Shown here piece after piece: positions 54,001 through 64,000 of a stretch of 64,000 nt of DNA. The notes under the pieces were generated by a model. That model worked only from the letters and a program-made list of their open reading frames with translations, did not search any database and was not told where the DNA came from. The first letter of the stretch is position 1; each line of letters starts with the position of its first letter. A program made the translations under genes and the position numbers. Source of the stretch: Camelus ferus (lineage: Eukaryota); NCBI RefSeq assembly GCF_009834535.1, contig NC_045696.1:80416001-80480000 (forward strand), given 5' to 3'.

Positions 54001-56986
54001 CTAAAGCGAAGATTATGACAAATACAAGTTCAGTCTACATTTTCAATAATAAATTATTAAATGGTCAAGCGACCTGACTCCCGAAGGAAGAAGTTTAACA
54101 TATTACTAAATACAATATAAAAAACATTAAGAAAACGATATGCATATTATACATTTAAAATATCCCTATTCATTTCTAACCAATAAAGGAATAATTAATC
54201 ATTAAAAGACTATACTGTATGTTCAGAAATGTTCCAGAAATTATGGAAAATACTGAAGACAAGATTACTGTCCACCAGAAGTTCATATTTTAGCTGAACA
54301 TGTAACTAAGTTTGATTTTGCCTATCAATTGTTTTTAGTAATTGCAATAAATCAAAAAAACAATTAGAATAAAATATCTCCTTAAATAATGTGTTTTTAG
54401 AATTGAGATACTTAAAAGTACTCTCATCCTTATGCACAGAATAGCACTTTTATTGCAAAGTACTTAACAACCAAAATATCATGAGGTCTCTGTGCCATGA
54501 AGAAGAGCCAATTGAGCAAAACCTACTCAAATGAGATGAGAAATTTCCATTTACAGTAATCGATGCTCACAGAATCAGAGGAGATGTTTAAGGAGAACTT
54601 ATTGGTAAATATAAGCCATCTCTGCAACCTGGTGCCAAGCATAATAATCTATGGTCTGAAACCTCTATGCACATTTTTAAGTGGCTCAAAAGAAAATGGG
54701 AGCTTGCAGAGTTATCTCACGCTCTTAGGGGAAAATGTTTAAAAATCTTAAGCAATTAAAAATTATATTTAGACAATAAAAATGACAATATGTAACACAG
54801 ATAATGGGTCTTAACATGTTTATAAGAAGAAAATGCCCTACATGCACAGAGTGACCATATAAATTACCATCTAAACCTGAGTACCTCTGAGGGTGATTAG
54901 GGAGCACTCCTAATTATTTCTCTGAACAAGAGACCTAACCCAGTACTGGCCTAGGCACACCAGGAATGCATGCTCACCCTATGTAACGGATGTTTTCAAT
55001 TGTTCACTTTTCATTTTCTTTCTGGTCATACAGCTTGAGGAAGATCTTTAAAAAGCAAATCTTTACAGGATAACCAATTTGCACAAGAGAAACACAGCCC
55101 TATTCAAAGAGTGCGTGCCCAAATAAATTATATTTAAACATATAAAAAGAATGGTAAAGGCTTTAAATATCACAATGCATTATACTTGAGATTTAAAATA
55201 TTCACCATGGGGACCAATATAATAATCTTTTGAAACATCAAGAACTTTTAAAACTCATACAGTTTGGGAAATTAAATGTTTAAATTGCTTTTAGGTGTAT
55301 GAACATTGAGAACTAAGCTAAGAGAATATATAAATGGCTTTTATTTATAAAGCAAAGGATTTTTGTTTTCTGCTTTCTTTAATTTGGAATCAATGAAGGC
55401 ACTTAATTGTACATTATTGCTGTGTTATTTTAATGAAATTAAACCACAATAACCTGTTAAATGAAGACAATTCTTTTTTTTTTTTTTTTTTTTTTTGCTT
55501 AACTCTAATGATGATTTAAATCATATTGTTGTCTAAAATTGCAAAGGACACCATTCACAAAACAGTAACTGTAGGGCATCCGCCTAAAAGACTGCTAAAA
55601 TGAGGCAAGTCAGACTTTCTTCATCCGGCAATGAGTCACCAGCCAAGGCTTTTCACAATGTCACTGAAATCAGACCCAACCCAACCAGATCCAAGCTCCA
55701 ACAAATGCTCAAGTATTTAATGTGTACTGTGTCAAAGTACTGAATACTTTTTAAAAAATTAGTTAATTAACTGAATTTTTTGTTTTTATCCAAATGGTTT
55801 CATGGAAGATGCCCACTCTCCGATGTTTTAAAGTGTTATGATACTAGGTAAGACTAGAGAGGCAGGAAGTTATCGATGCCTCTATTAAAGTACTGGTTTC
55901 ATCTTTTGCTATCATCTTGCCACATCCTCTTATAACAGCACCTCATTCTTCTGAATTATAGTAAATTTCTTTCTAATGACTACTACAGAAAAGTCAAATT
56001 CTATCCCCAAGTTACAAAGGGATATAGGGTATTTCACCTAAAATACCCATCTCAAATTTTTCTCTTGTTAATAAGAAAAACATCCAATGGGATTTGAACA
56101 TACAGGGGGAAATGCATATATATATACATGTAAAATATTTAAGAGAAAGTGAGGTGGTAACTTCCTCCAAAACTAACAGGCATTTCTCTCTCTTACAATT
56201 TATCTGTAAACCAACATAATAAATGTTTTTGAAACAATAAAACACTTCAATTCACAGAAGAAAATCACTTTGTAAAGTCCTAGAGGTTAAAATCTCAGTT
56301 TCCATTTTGATAGAGAAGGGCTTCAGACTAAACTAACACCAAGGCCAAAACTAAAAAGACATAATGCCGGTATCTCTGAGACTCTTTTTCATTTCAAGGT
56401 AAGTATTTGCCTAACAACCAGTGGACTGTGGCTGCACTAATGGCTATCCTTAAACTAAAAAACAGGGTTCAGGAAGACCACGTCAACAGTGCAGGGATTT
56501 TGAGTTCTGCCAAGATTGCAACAGAGCATCCAGGAAACCCAGAGGTGACCGAGACCTCAGTCTTCTATCATTGGAAATGGGGCACAAAGCCCTTTTCACG
56601 TTCCCTTCTACTGCGAGACCACGTGGATGCCTCAGAAGCAACGCGCTGCAGGCTCTACCCCAGGCCGCTCTCACATAAAAATGTTAACAGGACATGGGAA
56701 CAGATGATAGATTACTGCCTCTTTTCTGAAACAAAAAGTGGCTAACCTGTTCCCTGCTCTCTGTGGGGTGGGACAGGGGGCAGAAATTGGGAAAATATAA
56801 AGAAAGAGCTGCAAGACACAATTCAGAACAAAAGAAGCTAGGAATTTCCCATGAGTTTTTTATACAGCAGGTGGATACTCTTCTACCATGCTTGTTACAG
56901 AAGAAACAAAGGGCTCTCTGGTTCTCTTAAGCCACTTAAGTGTTGTGACCAGTTCCAACAGCCCCTGATACCAGCAATCTTCTCAC

Positions 56987-57230
56987 CTTGCTCGCCATAT
57001 ATTGTAGGGGGAAGATGATGTTGAGGAAAAAACTGAGGCGGCATATCTCCAGGTCCAGTAACAGGTGGGTAGTAAGCCGTGTGTGAGTTGTGAATAAAAT
57101 GCGGATGGTGAGTCAGGTAGGGGGGTAGGTGATGGGTTGGAGACATGGCCGAGGGGTAGCTTGGCGGGTAACACTCAGGAGACTGGGGGGTGACCACCAC
57201 CCGGCGGACGCCGGTATTGTCCTCAATCAC
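56987..57230 (-). CDS. FNDC3B: FNDC3B internal coding exon (~exon 5, 244 nt), VIEDNTGVRRVVVTPQSPECYPPSYP...HHLPPTIYGEQ
   Basis: The translation matches the FNDC3B Pro/His-rich N-terminal region as recalled. On the minus strand the acceptor is ttttcttcag|GTGATT and the donor is CAAG|gtgaga. Phase 0 in, phase 1 out. Confidence 0.97.
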
Positions 57231-58404
57231 CTGAAGAAAACAGCAAAAGGAATGTAGTGCGTTATTAGCAAAGATCCTGGGACTGTACATAGTATTTAAT
57301 TACTTCCCCCTTAATTTTAATTTTCTTTCCTACATAGGGAAAAAAAGAATCAGTGCATGTTGAATTCAAGTTCTCTAATTCAACCAGCTAAATGAGTTTT
57401 AAAAATAATATTTAACAGTTAAAATTTATGAAAATAAACTTTTCATCAACCACCTGATTCTGATTACACAAAACGTTTTGGAGAGATCAACAGCTCGACA
57501 ATAAATCTCATTTGTCTCATAAAATTTTCACAGCTGAAGAAGACTTCTGGAGACTTCATCTAAGACAAGTTGAATTTAATGTGTGCTTAAGCTGATTTTA
57601 GGAACGGCTCTGATGATCAATTAAGTGGTTTTCCAGAAAGAGACTTTCTGGGCCACTTACACTCTTTAGAGGGCTGAGCTTCCAGCTCTGCCTGGTAGCT
57701 CTTGACCCTATTCCTGCTTTAGCAAGCACAGTTCCACAACATTGGGGTTTTAGGAAACAAAGGGAACATTAACTTCAGAAAACATATGTGTACTGAAAGG
57801 TCATTTAACCTGAGACCAAGGATGCGGATGAGAGGATCCCAAGAAACCAGACACTTGAACAATCCCAAATCAAGGACACTTCTGCTCCCAAAATGTCCTG
57901 ATGATGCAATGAATAACGTGAGGAGACACTGTGACAGGGGACCTGCTATGGGCAGAGTGAGCCAACCAACATTCTATCCATCCTTTCTTCAAATGATTTT
58001 GTAAAAATTGAACCAAAATAAGGTAACATATGAGTATAATGCCAATGTTTATGGGTTCTGTGGCTAACTTCATGCTATTTGCTCTAGGAGCAAACAATTT
58101 TGTTGAGACACAAGATAAGAAATAATACAACAGATTACATAATCAAAAGGTAAAGCTGTGGGGTACAGAGAACCAGAGTATGAAATGGCAGGTTCAGAGT
58201 AAGGCTTCAGGGACTCAAAGAATCAGTAGGGCTGAGGCAGCTGAGAGCACGGCCCCTGTGTTAGGGCCCTGCAAGGAAGCGGACAATGACGGCACAAGAG
58301 CAAACTTGGAAGCCAGGACCAGGCTTCCAAAGAGACCAGATGGTCTAATCAAGCACTTGAGACAGTCCGGCACACACTGATAGGAAATTTTGTTTAAAAG
58401 AGCC

Positions 58405-58501
58405 AAGGAAAGAAAGAGAGAAAGAAAGGAAGAAGGGAAGAAGGGAAGAAGGGAAGAAAGGGAAGAATGGGAGGAAGGGAGGAAGGGAGGAAGGGAGGAA
58501 G
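58405..58501. repeat. Polypurine (GGAAGAAG / GGAAGGGA)n repeat
   Basis: About 95 bp of nearly pure purine with 8-mer units. Confidence 0.92.
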
Positions 58502-60620
58502 CAACAACTGAAAATTACACTTGTACATTGAAACAGATTTCTCATTACACCTCAGGAAGCTGACTGTAGGCCAAAATAAAATGACTTAATCATGTCTAAA
58601 GCACTCTAATAAAATTATACTAAGCTTTGTTTTTAAAAATACTTCTTAAGAGAAAAAAATGGAAAGTTTATCAATGTTAGTTGGTACTTCAGCATAAGAG
58701 ATAGCTTTAATTTTAATTAATAGCCATTAATCTTTATGTTAAGGAAACAAAAATTTTTATTAATGATTACACAGTAACATAATAGTTTCAAAATTAACTA
58801 CTATGTTAATTGTTCATTAATAAAGCAAATTAAGACTCTGAGTCATCCTACTAAAGCTCAGGATGTGGCTTTTTACATATCTCTAACAAATGTAACCTCT
58901 TCCAGGCCCTGGCAAGCTAATCACGTTAGCCCCACTTAGGCTGTTAAGTTACAGATATATGTGAAATGATGCTTAAACCATGACACTAGAAATTCTAATA
59001 CATATGCTGATAAATATCATCAAAGCATCTTCTATTTTGTCCAAAATGCAGAGCATGACTATGAGAGCACATTTTGTACAATTTTAGTATAAATATGGGT
59101 TTTTCTTACCACTTGGTACAAATATGCATTACTCTATATTGTCTTTTTTCCCCTCACCCTGCCACTAGCTATTAAGAAAAAAGTAGGGCATATTCTAGAT
59201 GCCCCCCTCTCATGGAACCTTCATTTACTCCTGTGCTAGGACACTGGAAGGTCCACAGAAGCAAAGTATTAGTTTTCTAGAAACTTACAGCCTTCAGTAT
59301 TTCAGTCAATGTCAAACTTTATGGTCAAGCAGTCATAAAGACTTGATGGAGGTAGGTAAACAAGAGCAGGGCTCTCACCAAATATGAAGAACAACCGTGG
59401 GCTTGTAAACAGGGGTAGTTATAATGAAGAGAAATTATTTTCATTTATTATATAGTTTCTGAACTGTTACAGCGCTTTTAAAAAGAGGCAAAAAGCACTA
59501 ACAAAGATAAGAATTCTAGTCAAGGGGGAAAAAAGCAAAATAAAAGAGATACAGAGCTGAAACATTACCTTTTTACTACTATATTTTGTAAGAATACATT
59601 ATTTCCACTAATTATAAAAATTAATGTCTGAAGTATAAATTAATCTTCACCAAAAAAAGTTTCCCGCCAGGAAACTAAGTAGCATTTTGAAGCCACAAAT
59701 TGCCTGCGTATATGAAAACTGTCTGAAAGCCCCATTTTAAATTATCTTAATTTATTCTGTGGTATTTGTGAGACATCTATTTACACGTACATGAGTAATG
59801 AGGATACTTTTGGAGACCTGTTCCTTTAACCCATCAAAGCTTACCTTATGATTAAAAATATTTTTAAGAAATGAAATATTCTGAAATTAGAAACAAAAAT
59901 CAAAAAATTTGTGCTGAGTATTTTGTTTATTGTTCTTCCATAATACAAGTTGCAGCATATTTAATTATCAAATCTAGTTTTGATCTATGTCTAAGGAAAT
60001 TATGCCTGTGTTCTTCCAAAGAAAAAGAAGTCTGAAGAGCAAATAATAATGCACAAAATAAAAAGCAACTCAGGAAATGGAAGCAATAACATTCTTTGTT
60101 TAAAAAACATGGTTCATAAAGAAATATATTACTGTAGCAGAAGAATTCAGACATTAGAAAGAGTTCAGTCCCAAAATCCTGAGGCAATAAAATGTGCCCT
60201 CAGTCTTCTCTAATGACCATGGAAAAGACAATTCGTTTCCTTTGTGGGTGAATGAAATTGTGACCATGTCCAAAGGCAGACAAATCACCTGTATTCAATT
60301 CAACAACTACTTCCTGACACATTCTGTGAGCAAAGCACTGGATATTCAAAGGTGAGAAAAAAAATAGGTGCTGAACAGTAAGGTTTATCTTACTTTAGCC
60401 TAAAAATAATATAAAGGAAAAAATTAGACTAAGTCCTAGTGAGTTTTTCTTCCCCAGAATTCAGAGCAAAGTATTACTTTTTCAGAAAACAAAACCAAGT
60501 ATTCTTCATCTAGATGTTTTCTAGCTCTATGATTCAACAAAACAATCACTCACATATCTTCTCCAGAGAAGCACAGACCCTTAGAAAACAACCACTGTGC
60601 CAGGCCCTCAGGTTGCCACC

Positions 60621-60992
60621 CGTATGGACTGACTTATGTACCTCCCTCCCTGCCCCCACCAGTTCATATATTTAAGTCCAAACCCCCAGTAACTCAGCAT
60701 GTAACTGTATTTGAAGATAGCATCTTTAAAGAGGTAATTATGGTAAAATGAGGTCATATGGGTGGGTCCTGCTCCAGTATCACTGACATCGTTACGAAAA
60801 AAGGAAGGACGCAGACAGGCAGAAGGAAGGTCATGTGAGGACACCAAGGGAAGAAGGCCATCTAAGAGCCAAGAAGAGGGGCCTCAGAAGAAACCAAAGT
60901 TGCAGCCTCCAGAATCATGAGGAAATAATTTCTGCTGTTTAAGCCACCCAGTCTTCGGTACTTTGTTATGGTAGTCCAAGCAAATTAATACA
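60621..60992 (+). mobile_element. MLT1A-like solo LTR
   Basis: tatggactgacttatgtacctccc...gaggtaattatggtaaaatgaggtcatatgggtggg...aagccacccagtcttcggtactttgttatgg...taataca, flanked by a near-identical 5-bp target-site duplication ccacc/cctcc. Confidence 0.9.
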
Positions 60993-61987
60993 CCTCCCAG
61001 GTTACCCTATCTGACGTTCTTCCAGCCTCGTCTGCTTGAAAAACAAAACTAACAAACAAAACATCTTTAAAAAGTAATGCATTTATCTTCCATGGACAAA
61101 TACCCAGTCATCTTCTTCAGGCTAAAGAAGAAAGTCAACTTGATGGCAAATAGCAACCAGTTTGAGTTTTTTCCCTGTCCTTTTATTCTGCTCTATAAGT
61201 ATTTACTGAGAAACTTGTGCGTGCCTAGTATTCTCTGCTGTCCTGTGGCCCAGACACAAGGATGAGAGGTTAGAGAATAAGGCACAAAAGGTTAAACAGG
61301 GAGAACATTCACCTTGCTTGCCTCAGTGTTTAAAGCTATGACCAAGAGAACCGTTAAAATGAGATGGCCTGAAGTGAGATGGCCTGGGGTAGCAGCCAGA
61401 GGAAGTGCTGCTGGGAGCGGCCCACACGGAGGGAGAGGAGAGAGTCAGAACCAGTGCTGTGGTCGGCCAGCTGCTTGTCGTGGGTTATCTCATTTAACTC
61501 CCTCAGCTCCTGGAGAATTAGATGTCAGCACCTGCTGTACACGAGAAAACCAAGGCACAGCATGATTAAAATGTACAACTAGTGCAACTGCAGAACCAGG
61601 TTTTCATCCCGGTCTGTACTCCAAAGTTTTCATCATGGAGGAGTCATACACAAGTTAGATCTGCTGTGAAAGAAATATGAAAATAATGAGCTACAAGAAA
61701 TAGGACAGCTGGGTTGTTAAGAGATGTGAAAGGATTCAAGATACAATCAATACTTATTGATTACCTGCTGCTCTGCTTTAATACCCTCTACATGAACTGA
61801 GGCAACATATGTTAAGGTCCTGGAACAGTAACGGATACGAAATAGAAAAACCTTACCCAGCAATTACTACTATTAATATTACCACCTCTTTTAAATCCTC
61901 CCAACAATCCTGGGAGGCATATAGTTATCCCCACATTTGAGAAAAAAGAGGAATGAAGTTCAGAAAAGTTAAGCTAACTCATTCCAC

Positions 61988-62054
61988 ATATATATATATA
62001 TATATGTATGTGTGTGTATATATATATATGTATGTGTATACATATATACGTATA
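61988..62054. repeat. Compound (TA)n/(TG)n microsatellite
   Basis: atatatatatatatatgtatgtgtgtgtatatatatatatgtatgtgtatacatatatacgtata. Confidence 0.93.
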
Positions 62055-64000
62055 GAATAAAATGGATCTCTTAAAAACACTTACACGTGTCTTTTCTTAT
62101 AGTTAACAGAAAAAGTAGGTAGTTTCCCTTACTAAATTGAAATGCTCCACAGGAATTTTAATAAGCTCTTCAATTCCTAAAACTCTCTCCTACTTCTTCT
62201 GGGTTATAAGAAACAAGAATCAAAAGAGGAGCTTCAGTGGTAGGAGGCATAAGATACATGCCTTTAAAGGCTGCCCCGATGACCAGTGATGATCCAGGAC
62301 GCGGGCAGAACAGGCTGCACGTGGACACACAGGAGCCGGCAGGCACGGGGGCTTGCCACAGCACCGAGAAAAACACTGCGTGAGCTGCCCGCACACAGGA
62401 AACTGGGACCAAAAGAGTCTGCGAAAGTTGTGCTCAGACTCAATTCCAAACTAGGGCCAAAAGACTTGGAAGTGGGCTCCCAGGCCATTCTGGTACAGGA
62501 AGAAGTCTCAGCTAAAACTGAGCTCACAAGCAGTGAACAAGGAGAGGAAAAATAGAACAGCCATGTGGACGGAGGGAAGGGCAGGCAAACAGTCAAGCCT
62601 TCTCCCAGCCAGAATGGTACCCACCCACCAGCACCTCTATCCTGTAGCGCAGGTTACGGATCTGACTTTCCCACCAACTGCAAGTCCCTCGAGATATCTG
62701 GGCCCAATGTATGTTAGTTAATGAATAAATAAATGAAAAAGCAAGCAAGCAAAAAAAAAAAAAAAAAAGTTTATCTGCTTAGATTTAATGTCTACCAAGA
62801 GCTATTATTTAACACATTCTTTATCAAATTTTCTCCCTGTAACTCTGGTAAATATCTGACATCCTACTCTAAAATGTCAGATGATCTAAAACCAGTTAAT
62901 TCCAGATCTGTCATTCCTGACACTCTTAAGTAAGTATGATTTTTACCACAAGAAAACACAGGAAATTTATACATTTCCAATATAAGTTCTATTTCAAACC
63001 CAAATGCAGCTGAGTGGTTTTATTTTATTCATCATCAACCAGGGAACACAAGAGCGTGAGCTCTCACCCTTGGTTTCTGCACTAATTCCTCACTCTGCAT
63101 TTTCTAATACAGTGAACAGCACAAAAGAGGAAAACCAAGTCTGTCTGTTCTTCATGGATAGTAGAGACTCGGAACTTAAGGACTGCACTTTCCCTAGACC
63201 AAACCCTTTTTTTTTTGCTGCTATGTATCAAACTCCTACCACCATCATTCAAGTACCACTAAAAAAAGTGAAAACGGGGATAAAGGAATATTCAAAGGGC
63301 AACCGAAGACTTACAGGAGCAAGCAGTCATTCTATCTTACAGATGAAGTTAAGTTACTTGACTTAAAAATGGTGGAAGCATTGAATGTATTTCCCAAATC
63401 GCCTGACTAACTTGTCTTTCTTTTCAAATGTAATGACTATAACTATGGTTGAAAACTCCCAAAGTTACTTCTCAGTCTCATTTCTCTTCACATTTATAAC
63501 AGCCAACACTGATGAAATAATATGTGCTCTTTCCAATGTTCCATGATCATGACTGTCCTGAGACAATAAACCCTCTCCGTTTAGGACCAGCTCCTTTTAC
63601 CACTCAGCATGGTTATTTTTGTAGCGAAATGGAAAAATAAATTATTGGTGATGTTTCTAGGTTGTTAAAAGCCTTTATATAATATCAAAGGACTACCCTG
63701 CAGTGTAGTTGCAGATTGATAATATCCTTTCCTGAAATCAAGAAAAAAAATTCCAAAAATCTGAAAATTCCGATTACTTTTCTCAAACAGTTCTTGCCAG
63801 TGATTAAATAAACTAATTTTCATCTGCTTTGTAGGTAACCAAATCTAAGGTTTTTAAGTGATAAGGTGAGTCATGAATGAATAAAAATTCCTCAAACATT
63901 TTACTACATACTCATTTATATCTAGAAACCTTAAATTTTCCACTGATGCATAATTTTTAATGCACATGCCAACTCCAGACAACGGTTAAGATATAGACCA

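Noticed and set aside
56895..57290. ORF-track calls covering FNDC3B exons as stand-alone genes (also 12307-12597, 53681-53980, 18-248)
   Set aside because: They are exons with read-through into intron. The true limits are set by the splice sites.
1..64000. CRISPR arrays, operons, tRNA/rRNA/snoRNA genes, processed pseudogenes, intact transposase or retroviral ORFs
   Set aside because: None seen. The window is mammalian intron/exon sequence, though small structured RNAs cannot be excluded without a covariance-model search.

Overview
Mammalian (eutherian) genomic DNA that lies entirely within the FNDC3B gene, which is on the minus strand. Six internal coding exons are recoverable with canonical GT-AG boundaries and consistent phases: 56987-57230, 53695-54000, 20130-20188, 12311-12462, 8134-8193 and 120-258. 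They probably correspond to human exons 5-10 and encode the Pro/His-rich N-terminal region, a Gly-rich linker, the first FN3 domain and the start of the second. The rest is intron with old interspersed repeats (L1 3' fragments, MLT1 LTRs, MER/Tigger/hAT DNA elements, MIR, L2) and microsatellites. I saw no Alu, B1/B2, Can-SINE, Bov-tA or PRE SINE, so the source is probably a non-primate, non-rodent laurasiatherian (camelid-like is a guess). The best signals are in exon 6. It carries a coding GGC repeat (16 Gly; exon 306 nt vs 282 nt as I recall for human). The exon 5-6 pair is the orthologue of circFNDC3B, and its back-splice-spanning ORF seems to have lost the human ATG starts (ATG->ACG) while gaining a poly-Ala tract in the +1 frame. 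I found no convincing new multi-gene system. Human comparisons and repeat family names come from memory and have not been checked by alignment.
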